The notes under the pieces: generated by a model
Databases searched by the model: none
What the model was told of the DNA's origin: nothing
What the model saw: the letters and a program-made list of their open reading frames with translations, nothing else
Part shown: positions 38,601 to 47,951 of the stretch, in pieces
Layout of the letters: every line of letters starts with the position of its first letter
How positions within the stretch are numbered: position 1 is the first letter of the stretch
Source of the DNA: Candidatus Saccharimonadia bacterium
GTDB taxonomy: Bacteria; Patescibacteriota; Saccharimonadia; UBA4664; JBBRNT01
Assembly: GCA_038230095.1 (NCBI GenBank)
Contig: JBBRNT010000004.1
Location: 20,448-84,447, forward strand
Direction: 5' to 3'
DNA: 64,000 bases
Made by a program: the position numbers and the translations under genes

Positions 38601-39338
38601 ATGTCAGGACATTCGAAGTGGGCCTCAATCAAACACCAGAAAGGCATTGCGGACGCCCGGCGCGGCGCGGCCTTTACCAAGATTGCTACTCTTATCGCCC
38701 TAGCGGCCAAGAAGGGCGCCGATCCCGAGATGAATTTCTCGCTGCGTCTGGCCATCCAAAAGGCTAAGGCCGCTAATATGCCCGCCGCTGGCATTGAGCG
38801 CGCTATCAAGCGGGGTGCGGGTACCGATGGTGGCGTGGCCATGGAAGAAATACGCTATGAGGCCTATGGCCCAGCCAGCGTGGCCATCATTATTGAGTGT
38901 GCTACGGACAATCGTAATCGTACCGCCTCGGACGTCCGCCTAGCCGTTACCAAGCACGGTGGCCGCATGGCCGAGCTGGGTGCGGTAGCTTACCAGTTTA
39001 CCAACCGCGGCGTCATTGAGATTGTCACTGGTGATCACGAGGAGGCTGAGCTGGCTGCCATCGAGGCCGGCGCCGAGGACTTTGTGACCGAAGGGGACAC
39101 GCTGACTGTCTACACTGCCCCGACCGACCTAGACGCGGTGCGCAAGGCCTTAGTAGCAAGCGGCTATGAGGTAGCGCGCGCAGAGCTCAGTTTTGAGCCC
39201 AATACATCTGTTACTGTCTCCGACCAGCACGCCGCCGAGACCCTCCTGCGCCTTATGGATGCAGTCGAGGACCTGGACGACGTCACCGGTACCTATACCA
39301 ATTTTGAAATTGACGACGCTATTGCGGACAAGCTGTAG
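38601..39338 (+). CDS. yebC: YebC/PmpR family protein
   Basis: MSGHSKWASIKHQKG, YEAYGP, TDNRNRT. Confidence 0.95.
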   Translation: MSGHSKWASIKHQKGIADARRGAAFTKIATLIALAAKKGADPEMNFSLRLAIQKAKAANMPAAGIERAIKRGAGTDGGVAMEEIRYEAYGPASVAIIIECATDNRNRTASDVRLAVTKHGGRMAELGAVAYQFTNRGVIEIVTGDHEEAELAAIEAGAEDFVTEGDTLTVYTAPTDLDAVRKALVASGYEVARAELSFEPNTSVTVSDQHAAETLLRLMDAVEDLDDVTGTYTNFEIDDAIADKL

Positions 39339-39434
39339 CCCCGCCGCCGCGAGTTGTATACCTTGTCCTAGCGTACTTTTGCCTTCCCTCACTCTCTTGC
39401 CCCAGCATTCCTTGAACTTCTATAAAATACAGCT

Positions 39435-39535
39435 TCAGCGAGCATGAGTACGGTGGGACAAAGCGAGTGAGTCGAGCTTTGTCGCTCGTTGTCTCGCATG
39501 GTTTTGGGTACTTTTGCCGTAACAAAAGTACCAAG
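39435..39535. repeat. Palindromic intergenic element (REP-like or small RNA)
   Basis: Nested stems cagcgagc/gctcgttg and gacaaagc/gctttgtc; hairpin ggtacttttg-ccgtaa-caaaagtacc. Confidence 0.5.
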
Positions 39536-39633
39536 AGAGAAGAAAAAGGAATTCTCGGACTAGCAGAATAGGCCATAGCTGCTAAGTAGCGTATTGGGGT
39601 AAAAGCCTTCCCAGCGCATGCTAGACTACCTAT

Positions 39634-40107
39634 ATGCGTATCCTTGGAATAGATCCCGGTACCGCCATCACGGGCTTCGGCGTCATAGATAAAGTCGGCG
39701 ATAAGCTTATTTTTGTCGACGCAGGGGTTATCCGCACTCCCAAAGAAGACCCTATGTCGGCTCGCTTGGTCACCATTTTTGACGAGCTCACCCAGCTCAT
39801 ATCAGAGGTGCGCCCCGACCAGGCCGCCATCGAGCAACTGTTCTTCGCTCGCAATGTTACTACCGCGCTCACGGTCGGCCAGGCTCGCGGTGTGGCGCTT
39901 CTGGCGCTGCAGAAGGCCGGGCTCCCGGTCGGCGAGTACACACCGCTTCAGGTGAAGCAGGCAGTTACCAGCTACGGCAAGGCCGATAAGGCCCAGGTGC
40001 AGCAGATGGTCAAAACCATTCTGCGCCTCAACGACATACCCAAGCCAGATGATGCCGCCGACGGTCTCGCCATTGCTATCACTCACGCCAGCCAGATTAT
40101 TGGCTAG
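39634..40107 (+). CDS. ruvC: Holliday junction resolvase RuvC
   Basis: ILGIDPG, AIEQLFF, EYTPLQVK, DDAADGLAIA. Confidence 0.96.
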   Translation: MRILGIDPGTAITGFGVIDKVGDKLIFVDAGVIRTPKEDPMSARLVTIFDELTQLISEVRPDQAAIEQLFFARNVTTALTVGQARGVALLALQKAGLPVGEYTPLQVKQAVTSYGKADKAQVQQMVKTILRLNDIPKPDDAADGLAIAITHASQIIG

Positions 40108-41063
40108 ACGGTAGCTCTGTGGGCTATGGTCCAGCGGGAGAGCAGGTAGCATAGGTTGCTCTCGGCACCACTCTCGGTGCTAACGCCCGTGGGGTCAATA
40201 CCGTCTAAGCATTGGTTATTGGCTGGGTTTATTAGCGATTTCTTCGCAATATTGTCACCGTCAAACCAAGCCATCCAGCGCTGCGCTTTCTGCAAGTGGT
40301 GCTTATCCTGGGTAGTCTGGTAGGCGGCGGTGTGCGCCCAAACCATGTAGGCGGCGTCTATCGGCTGCTGTGAGTAGTTCGGAGCCGTAGCCTGGCCTTG
40401 GGCATGCCACCCATCATTACCTACTGGCCCAAGTGGGCGATTGTGCGTCGACACGTACTCGATAAATTCTAGGACCCGGAGTGCTAGCCCGTGGTACTGG
40501 CTATCACCGCAGACCAGCTCGTAGCGCAGTAGGCAATAGGGGAGTATGCCGAGCGCGTAGGTCATGGGCGTTTCCGGCCAGAACCAGCTATCTGCCAGGC
40601 CACTAAAGCGGCCCGCAACCGTAGCCGCCAGCTCTGCCGCCCAGATTGGGTCCAGATACACGGCGCCCAGCAGTGCATAGGCCGGGCCACGGAGCGTGGA
40701 CATTCTTGCAATACTAGCTCGGAATGAAGCCATCTCGGCCTGCGCCTCATCTACCCGGAAGCCCTGGTGCACCGCATACCCGTAGGCCCAGACCACCTGT
40801 GCTTTGGCGTCATCCGAGGCGGGACCAGCAAAAAACTCACGATTATCGTGAGCAAATCCATGGAATTCTGTGTCTATACGTGACTGCTTAAGGTAGTTAA
40901 ACAGTACGTTTGCTTGGTCCGGTTTCCCCAGCGCCAGGCAGGTTACAAGCCCTCTAGCCGCGTCATCCAGTGAGTAGCCGTGGTGCAGATGGGGTGTTAA
41001 CCCATCTGAGTGCTGCCAGATGCCAAAGTCGTCGATTATGGAATCAAAATAGATTGTATTCAT
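40104..41063 (-). CDS. (alpha/alpha)-barrel protein matching the C-terminal half of GT4-fusion proteins
   Basis: DDFGIWQHS..GYSLDDAARGL, WFWPE..Y, QQPIDA, WFDGDN, CLDG...GAES. Confidence 0.75.
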   Translation of the reverse strand: MNTIYFDSIIDDFGIWQHSDGLTPHLHHGYSLDDAARGLVTCLALGKPDQANVLFNYLKQSRIDTEFHGFAHDNREFFAGPASDDAKAQVVWAYGYAVHQGFRVDEAQAEMASFRASIARMSTLRGPAYALLGAVYLDPIWAAELAATVAGRFSGLADSWFWPETPMTYALGILPYCLLRYELVCGDSQYHGLALRVLEFIEYVSTHNRPLGPVGNDGWHAQGQATAPNYSQQPIDAAYMVWAHTAAYQTTQDKHHLQKAQRWMAWFDGDNIAKKSLINPANNQCLDGIDPTGVSTESGAESNLCYLLSRWTIAHRATV

Positions 41064-41070
41064 GGTATGG

Positions 41071-42306
41071 CTAGGTGGTAATAGCGGCAATTTCGTCTAG
41101 GTAGCGCGCGCCTACCAGCGGCCAGCTCATCTGGCGGCCAATGGCATAGGCCTTGGCTCGAATATCATTATACAGCTCGGTGTTGCCAAGTACTTCATTC
41201 ACGGCTTGCGCAAGCCCTGCTGCATCATCAAAGTCCACTAGGCGACCGCGACCGTCTGCAAGGACTTCCTTGGCGTAGCGGTAGGGTGTAGAGAACGCCA
41301 CCAGGCCTGCACCTAGGGCGTAAGCCAGCGTACCAGAGGCGGCTTGTTCAGGATCCTTGTGCAGAGTCAGGTATATGTCGGCCGTCTGTAGGTACTCCAG
41401 TAGTTCCGGTAGGTCCAGGTACTTGTTGACGAGTACTAGGTGGTCGCTTACGCCCAGCTCGTCTGCCAGGGCAATGAGCGACTCACGGTAGGCCTCACCC
41501 TTGTGGGCAATAATATTGGGGTGGGTTTGCCCTACCACATAGAGCTTGGCCTGCGGGTTGGCGGTAATAATAGCAGGGAGCGCCTTAATAGCGACGTCGA
41601 TCGACTTGTTCTCTCCGATCAGGCCGGAGATCATGAGCACAGCGTCATCAGGATCAATACCCAGCCGGGGCTTTGCCACATAGGTATCAATCTGTTCTAC
41701 TAGCGTCACCCCGTGGTGGATCATCACAATCTTACTAGCGTCTACGTCATAGTCACGTACCAGGATATCGCACGAGTCCTGGGTCATAGCTACCACTTTC
41801 AGACTCATTTCTGCAATCCGGTGGATCACGTCGCGCCGCGCCTCATCGGGGGTAGGCAGAACAGTATGCAGCGTGGTTATGAACGGCATTTCCAGGTTAT
41901 CGAGCAGATCGAAAATGTAGTCCCCGGTGGGGTCGCTGTGCATACGGCCGTTGCGCTCAAACTTGGTAAATGAACCGCCGTAGAGGCCAAACTCGTGCTG
42001 TAGCAGGACTACGTCTGGCTTGGCTTGGTTTATAACCGTTGCCGCAGCAGCGTAGGTCTCGCGCTTGTCGGTGTGGACTGTAGCCACTACATTTAGCTCA
42101 TAGTCGAAGTGCTCATCGGCTGTTTCAGCCGCCACCGCGATCACTTCAACGCCTGGAACATTGCTGCGGATACCTTCTAGAAGGTCACGGCTAAATGTTG
42201 CTATCCCGCAGCGCTTGGGTATGATCGAGCTAATAATGGCAATCTTCAGATTGTGGGCAGAACCATTAAGGGAGTGCTCCGACTGGGGTGTCGTAGTCGT
42301 GTTCAT
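41071..42306 (-). CDS. Glycosyltransferase family 4
   Basis: PKRCGIATFSRDL, LQHEFGLYGG, GQTHP, EQAASGTLAYALG, STPYRYAKE. Confidence 0.92.
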   Translation of the reverse strand: MNTTTTPQSEHSLNGSAHNLKIAIISSIIPKRCGIATFSRDLLEGIRSNVPGVEVIAVAAETADEHFDYELNVVATVHTDKRETYAAAATVINQAKPDVVLLQHEFGLYGGSFTKFERNGRMHSDPTGDYIFDLLDNLEMPFITTLHTVLPTPDEARRDVIHRIAEMSLKVVAMTQDSCDILVRDYDVDASKIVMIHHGVTLVEQIDTYVAKPRLGIDPDDAVLMISGLIGENKSIDVAIKALPAIITANPQAKLYVVGQTHPNIIAHKGEAYRESLIALADELGVSDHLVLVNKYLDLPELLEYLQTADIYLTLHKDPEQAASGTLAYALGAGLVAFSTPYRYAKEVLADGRGRLVDFDDAAGLAQAVNEVLGNTELYNDIRAKAYAIGRQMSWPLVGARYLDEIAAITT

Positions 42307-42405
42307 GATTTCCTCGTTATTTCTCCACCTAGAAAAGAACCCAATGTACGTTGGTAATTTGCAACTATATTGCTATGATAATACCAGAAAAATAGGGAAA
42401 ACACA

Positions 42406-43371
42406 ATCGCTACCTCACCCAAACCCAGCTCGCAGGTCCAATTCAAACGGCTCTCTGCCGAGCCCATCATAGACCGTTCGATACAGAAGTATTGGGAGGC
42501 CGTTGGGGTCTTCGCTCCCGCCGTTGTCCGGGAGGGTAATACCTTTCACATGCTCTATCGGGCCTTTGGCAACGACCATGTTTCTCGCATGGGCTATGCT
42601 GAGAGCCAGGATGGGCTGAACTGGATGAAGGATCCCGATCCGCGTGTTACCCCGCTGCCGCACGATAGCTCAGAGAAAGACGGTGTGGAGGACGCTCGTA
42701 TGGTGAAGATCGGCGAGCACTACTACATCACCTACACCGCAGTGCGGGGCAAGCTCCACAATGGCAATATGGACTGGCAGGCCCAGGTCCGGTTCTTGGT
42801 CAGTAGGGATCTGAAGCATTTCCGCCGCGTCCGCCCCAATCTGCCCAAGGGCTTCGACAAGGACGGCGTGCTCTTCCCAACCAAGCTGGGAAATGAGTTC
42901 TGGTTACTACACCGCTATATACCTAATATTTGGCTTAGCCACGGGCCATCGTTGCGCCGTTTTGACCACCACCAGCCCATCATGGGACCGACCCATCTAG
43001 AGTGGGAGTCGCTTCGTATTGGAGCTGGCGCCCCACCGATCCTTACCGATCTAGGCTGGTTACTGTTCTACCACGGCGTCAGTAATGCCATTCAGTACAG
43101 TATGGGTGCGGCTATTCTCGACGCTGCCGACCCCACCAAGGTCCTGTACCGCTTACCATACCCGGTTTTGTCGCCGACCGAGCCCTACGAACGTTATGGC
43201 ATTATCCCCAACGTTGTTTTTGGTACCAGCGCAATCGACATGGGCAAGGAATGGTGGCTGTACTATGGCGCCGCCGATACCAGTATTTCTGCTGCCGCAA
43301 TTAATAAGGCCGATCTACTTGCCGAGCTGCAACGCCACCCCAACACCCAGTCGGTTGCAGATGCTAGCTAG
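42406..43371 (+). CDS. GH130 beta-mannoside phosphorylase/glycosidase (apparent ATC start; first ATG at 42550)
   Basis: FKRLS..PII...WE..GVFAPAVV...MLYRA, GVEDARM, KDGVLFP, IGAGAPP, YHGV, PNVVF, YYGAAD. Confidence 0.88.
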   Translation: MATSPKPSSQVQFKRLSAEPIIDRSIQKYWEAVGVFAPAVVREGNTFHMLYRAFGNDHVSRMGYAESQDGLNWMKDPDPRVTPLPHDSSEKDGVEDARMVKIGEHYYITYTAVRGKLHNGNMDWQAQVRFLVSRDLKHFRRVRPNLPKGFDKDGVLFPTKLGNEFWLLHRYIPNIWLSHGPSLRRFDHHQPIMGPTHLEWESLRIGAGAPPILTDLGWLLFYHGVSNAIQYSMGAAILDAADPTKVLYRLPYPVLSPTEPYERYGIIPNVVFGTSAIDMGKEWWLYYGAADTSISAAAINKADLLAELQRHPNTQSVADAS

Positions 43372-44275
43372 CTCGGCCAAGTCCGCCGCCCGGCTTATCA
43401 CCCTGGCAGTCCCCACCGGCAAGATAGCCTACAACCCAACGCTCATTGTTACTGGCGGCGAGCATGTACTGGCGGTGCGCGTGGAGTCACGTGATAGCCA
43501 CTGGCTAGACGAGGCCACCTGGGACCCAGAGGTCTGGTTCTACCGGCAGACCGCTGAGGACCAGTGGGAGCGGGCACTTGACGCGCCCCGATTTACTGCC
43601 GCAGAGGACCCATTTGCCACCTGGGTAACCAATAGCGGCGGCCAGCGGGTGCTGGTATTTGGCCATGTCACTCTCGATCGCACCACCGGGCCGCGTCCCA
43701 CCGGGCTTACACGCTTCTACCAGGCAGCGTCTTGGGACAGGCTAGACCCTAGCGCTCCCTTTGCAGAGGTTCGGGACATGAAGGACATCCGCCTCTGCCA
43801 GCTAGCGGACGGGAGTATTGCTGTTTGTGGTCGGCCCCGGGGTGGCCAGGCCGGTCGGGGAAAAGTGACATACTCTCGCTTAACTAGCCTTTCCGAACTC
43901 ACACACGATGCTGTTTGGTCGGCAGCCATTCTGCCCGGTATGATCCCGGAAGACCGCAAGATCGGCAATAATGAACTACACCTATTACCCGACGGCTCTA
44001 TCGGGGTGCTCGGCCACATTGCCCTTGGCGAAGAAGAGCACGACATGCGCTACACGGTAGCAACCTGGTCTATCAATCCCGACACCGGCGTAGCCACCAA
44101 GCCGCAAGAGCTGGTTGAGCGCTCCGACTTCCCGCCGACTGAGCCCAAGCTCCCGCGCCTGGCAGATGTGGTCTTTCCCGGCTCGCTTGAGCGCCTAGGC
44201 GGTGACACCTGGCGCCTGTACGCCGGCCTGGGCGATAGCGGCGTAGGTGCCATCGACCTTACCCACCCATTCTAA
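43361..44275 (+). CDS. DUF1861/MTP (GT108-like) mannosyltransferase-phosphorylase beta-propeller
   Basis: YNPT, RVESRDS, EDPF, MKDIRL..LADG.I.V.GRP, GNNELH, GVLGHIA, DVVF.G, LYAGLGD. Confidence 0.78.
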   Translation: MLASSAKSAARLITLAVPTGKIAYNPTLIVTGGEHVLAVRVESRDSHWLDEATWDPEVWFYRQTAEDQWERALDAPRFTAAEDPFATWVTNSGGQRVLVFGHVTLDRTTGPRPTGLTRFYQAASWDRLDPSAPFAEVRDMKDIRLCQLADGSIAVCGRPRGGQAGRGKVTYSRLTSLSELTHDAVWSAAILPGMIPEDRKIGNNELHLLPDGSIGVLGHIALGEEEHDMRYTVATWSINPDTGVATKPQELVERSDFPPTEPKLPRLADVVFPGSLERLGGDTWRLYAGLGDSGVGAIDLTHPF

Positions 44276-44292
44276 GCGCTAGCAATGCAAAG

Positions 44293-44316
44293 AGCCCCCA
44301 GAAATATCTGGGGGCT
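44293..44316. terminator. Hairpin between convergent genes
   Basis: gagccccaga-aata-tctggggctc-type inverted repeat. Confidence 0.6.
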
Positions 44317-44322
44317 CGTCGT

Positions 44323-45240
44323 TCAGGACCAGTCGATTAGCTGCCGGGCGCAGCGGTTGTCATTAATGTGGTAGAGCACTTCGGCCCTAGTACCACCCTG
44401 GTAGGTCACGCATGACCCGAAGGCAATCAGCTGGTCGTCTGGCCCACGGTCAGCCACATGGGCCCGGATTAGCCAATCCGGCGACACCTCGCAGACCTCT
44501 GGCCATTCCCTGGACAGATCGATCGTCATGTAGGCCACGCCCCATTCATTATTCCGCCTGCGGTTATATAGCAGCAGGTAGAGGCTGTCACTGAGACGGA
44601 TCGGGCCGCCGGCGGTGGAGACGTGCTCGCTGCCGTCGGCCTCGGCGGTCCAAAAGCCGCTTATATTGGCAACACCACCATTGTCAATGTAGGCCGCTCC
44701 CAGATGGCTCGCTACCCCATCACCGTACTCGAATAGGATCCAGCGTCGCCCGTAGGCGCGTGCCAGTTCGCCTTCTTTCACCATGTCGCAGTACCCGCAC
44801 AACCCAGCCCGCATGACATCGGTCGGTGTGAGTACGGCCCGCATTTCTTTTGTCAGCAGGTTGCAGTACCACAGTTCAGCGGTCACGCCTTCGGCATCTG
44901 GCTTGGCAAACGTAGCCGTTAGCAGCATACCTTGCTCATCGCGCCTACCGAATGGATTGAAGCCAAACAGGGCGGCCAGGTTGGTGGGGTCTTCGAAGCC
45001 TACGGCTCCGTTGCAGCCAGTGGTTTTCTGGGGGTCAAGAAACACTTTCAAATGGGTCAAGACGCCCGCATCACTCAGCCTTGCACTGAAAATCTGATTG
45101 TCGGGGACCGTTCGGCCCAGGACCACGCCTTCGGTACCCCGGCTGAGCGCCATGAGGCCGCCGTGGAACCTGCGCTGGTCGTCCACGGCCAGACCAATGG
45201 TAGTGGGGTGGGGTATAAGGGTGCGTACGGCGAGGCTCAT
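44323..45240 (-). CDS. Divergent five-bladed beta-propeller glycosidase/phosphorylase-like protein
   Basis: GFEDP, GGPIRL...YLLLY, IAFGSC, VLYHIND resemble GH130/GH43 blades. Confidence 0.5.
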   Translation of the reverse strand: MSLAVRTLIPHPTTIGLAVDDQRRFHGGLMALSRGTEGVVLGRTVPDNQIFSARLSDAGVLTHLKVFLDPQKTTGCNGAVGFEDPTNLAALFGFNPFGRRDEQGMLLTATFAKPDAEGVTAELWYCNLLTKEMRAVLTPTDVMRAGLCGYCDMVKEGELARAYGRRWILFEYGDGVASHLGAAYIDNGGVANISGFWTAEADGSEHVSTAGGPIRLSDSLYLLLYNRRRNNEWGVAYMTIDLSREWPEVCEVSPDWLIRAHVADRGPDDQLIAFGSCVTYQGGTRAEVLYHINDNRCARQLIDWS

Positions 45241-45434
45241 AGCCAACTCGTTTCTGCTAGATTTCAACGAACTGCCGCATTATGGCATTTTAGTCCATAA
45301 AACACAATCATTAACAGATCATTTTACCGTAGATAAGCAAAAGGGTATTGAATTATCTGCAGTAATATGCTTTAATATAGGTATACGCGGCCGCCCTTGG
45401 CCATTATCGAAACAAACTAAAGCTGGAGAAGACC

Positions 45435-46112
45435 ATGAAGCGCATTGCTATCACTGGTTCGCGTGGCGTTATTGGCTCCATTCTCGTGGAGGGGCTCACT
45501 GACTTCACCATTACGGGCCTAGACCTACCAGAGACCGATATCTGCGACTACCCTGTGCTGCTCGAGCGTTTGCGTGGACACGACGCGTTGATCCACCTAG
45601 CCTGGGTCTCAGAGTCTGCTCCCCAGATGAAGGCTCTCCACCACGACAATTTCACCATGATCCAGCAGGTGTACCGTGGGGCGGTAGACGCTGGCGTAGG
45701 CCGGGTCATTATGGCTAGCTCTGTGCATGCCGCCGACGTCCGTGGGCTCGACCCAGCTACCGTAAGCCGCCTGTCCGAGACTGGTACGCCAAATGGCGCC
45801 TACGGTGCTGCTAAGCAGTTCGGCGAGTCCCTCGGCCGCTACTATGCCGGTAAGGGGCTGGACGTTACTTGTGTGCGCTTTGGTGCCGTCAACCAGCAAG
45901 ACACCATGCCTACCCAGAACGAGTTTGAGCGAGTTGTCTGGCTACGCCACGTCGACCTGCTTCGGCTCATGTCGGACCTACTCACGGCGCCGGTGGCTCC
46001 GGGCAGTTTCCAGATGGCCATTGCTGTCTCCGGACAGCCGCTGGTTACTGACCAGCAGGGCAGCTTCCCCTTGTTTGATACTGATGCCGAGAGGGCACCT
46101 GCTCTAGCCTAG
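45435..46112 (+). CDS. NAD-dependent epimerase/dehydrogenase (extended SDR)
   Basis: IAITGSRGVIG, HLAW, MASSVHA, YGAAK. Confidence 0.88.
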   Translation: MKRIAITGSRGVIGSILVEGLTDFTITGLDLPETDICDYPVLLERLRGHDALIHLAWVSESAPQMKALHHDNFTMIQQVYRGAVDAGVGRVIMASSVHAADVRGLDPATVSRLSETGTPNGAYGAAKQFGESLGRYYAGKGLDVTCVRFGAVNQQDTMPTQNEFERVVWLRHVDLLRLMSDLLTAPVAPGSFQMAIAVSGQPLVTDQQGSFPLFDTDAERAPALA

Positions 46113-46143
46113 CTTTATCGGACCGCCTAGCCCTGGTACAATA

Positions 46144-46893
46144 ATGCTAATGGCAAAACTTTCATCGCTTTTTCAGGATGCTGGCCTGACGGGTAAGCTC
46201 AAACACAACAGTCCGCTGATCAACGCCAAGGCCATCCAAGAGTGCCTCGATGGCACAAGCTACTGGACATTTGGTATTAAGGCTCTAGACTTCCTGGGGT
46301 ACGACTTACCCAAAGCCACCGAGGTTGTGGCGTCCTCACTTGGTCTGTCGCTGCGCGAGTTCCAGCACGGCAAGCATGCCATGATCAATCCCGATACTAC
46401 TATGCGTGCCCTCGGGGCCGCGCTGAGCTACTTGCGCTGGGCATCCGAAAACCACAAGACCGTGCTCTTTGCCACCGGCCACCCTGGCTCCATGCTGGGT
46501 GCCTACCAGCTCCTAGCCGACCAGACTGCCCGCTGGGGTGGCCGAGTCTACCGGCTGCCAGACAATCCGTCGATCGAGCCAGGTCTATGGCTAGACAGCG
46601 TGGGCGACTGCATTGTGACCAGCGACGAAGGCACGCTGCACCACACCCATGATGGGCGAGTACTAGAGGACATTCTCCAACACCATCGGATAGATCTGGT
46701 TGTGGCAGACCACGGCTTTGCCGGAGCGGCCATTAATGCGGGTAAGACAGTCATAGCCATATTCGATACGGATGATCCCGCTATTCCGCTCATGGCTTCT
46801 GCGCAAAAGGATGGTATTATCGCCGTACCCCTCAACGATAATCAAAAAAATCTAACCACTGCAGCTGCCTTTGCAGCCCTGCTTAAGCCATAA
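46144..46893 (+). CDS. Putative phosphatase (actinobacterial 'Phosphatase' family-like)
   Basis: FATGHPG, HHTHD, DLVVADHGFAGAA, DTDDPA, PLNDN. Confidence 0.7.
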   Translation: MLMAKLSSLFQDAGLTGKLKHNSPLINAKAIQECLDGTSYWTFGIKALDFLGYDLPKATEVVASSLGLSLREFQHGKHAMINPDTTMRALGAALSYLRWASENHKTVLFATGHPGSMLGAYQLLADQTARWGGRVYRLPDNPSIEPGLWLDSVGDCIVTSDEGTLHHTHDGRVLEDILQHHRIDLVVADHGFAGAAINAGKTVIAIFDTDDPAIPLMASAQKDGIIAVPLNDNQKNLTTAAAFAALLKP

Positions 46894-46896
46894 TTT

Positions 46897-47889
46897 ATGA
46901 TAAAAACTGATCTATTTACAAAGGATGAGCTAATTGAGCTCCAGGCCGATCTACTGGTGGCACTTGGCCGCCAGGGCTTCGACATTGAGGAGATCCGTCT
47001 CATTGGTGTGAAGGGCCATGGCTACCATGCTACCGTCTTTTCGGTCATGATCGACGACAATCACCATGTACTGAAGGTCTACCGTGAGGCTCAGGCCTTT
47101 GAGCGTGAAGTCAAGCACCTGTATCAGGTAATCCCTAAGGATCGTTTCTTGTTCGTCTGGCGGGCCGAAGAGAACCGCTTTGATTACAATATTGTTATTG
47201 TCGAGGTGCCAGATGGCCAGGAACTACGTCCCAAGACGCTTACCGCCCAGTCGTCAGAGCGGCTCACCGAGCAGCTCATTGCCCTCCACAGCCTACGCTC
47301 CCGTCGGCGCGTCTCAGCCAAGAGTCTTAAGCTCCGTATCGAAGAAATGCGCCCACTAGCCCTGGAGCACGCCAAGGAGTTTGCCGACTACATTACTCCC
47401 GAGCAAGTCGCCGCCGACATTGAAGAGGTAAAGCAGTACCTACGTGATAACCGGGATAAGTTCCGGGTGCGTAAGTCGCGCACTCATGGTGATCTGTGGT
47501 GGTCGAACATTATTGTTGCCGAGGAAGCCGTCTATATGATTGACTGGGAGCGGCTACGGTTTGCCGACTACTTGGAAGACCTGGCCAAGATGCGCGTGCT
47601 TTTCCACTTTGTGCGCCGCTCAGATCCCACCACCTTCTTTGGGCGCAAAGGTGTGTCGCAGGACAAGGTAGACGCCTTCATGTCACCCATTTTACGTGCC
47701 TATCGGCATAGCTTTTCCGACCCCATGCTGCTTGGACGCTATGGGTTTTACTGCTTCCTATATGGACTCACCTTCTTCGGTAACTATGTCTACGCCGACA
47801 AGAAGGGCACGCTTGAGGCTATCAACATGTACCTCGAAGGCCGCGCCCAATTCCATAAGCATAACGAGCGCCGGTCTACTTCAGAGTAG
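46897..47889 (+). CDS. APH/choline-kinase family phosphotransferase
   Basis: VLKVY, THGDLWWSNII, MIDWE. Confidence 0.82.
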   Translation: MIKTDLFTKDELIELQADLLVALGRQGFDIEEIRLIGVKGHGYHATVFSVMIDDNHHVLKVYREAQAFEREVKHLYQVIPKDRFLFVWRAEENRFDYNIVIVEVPDGQELRPKTLTAQSSERLTEQLIALHSLRSRRRVSAKSLKLRIEEMRPLALEHAKEFADYITPEQVAADIEEVKQYLRDNRDKFRVRKSRTHGDLWWSNIIVAEEAVYMIDWERLRFADYLEDLAKMRVLFHFVRRSDPTTFFGRKGVSQDKVDAFMSPILRAYRHSFSDPMLLGRYGFYCFLYGLTFFGNYVYADKKGTLEAINMYLEGRAQFHKHNERRSTSE

Positions 47890-47951
47890 CTGCCAAGAAA
47901 GCTGAACGGCTCACCAGAGAAGTCTTTGGTGAGCCGTTGTATTTGGGCCGC

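Noticed and set aside
43085-43360. N-terminal extension of the 396-aa ORF
   Set aside because: Overlaps GH130 in another frame; the likely real start is ATG 43361
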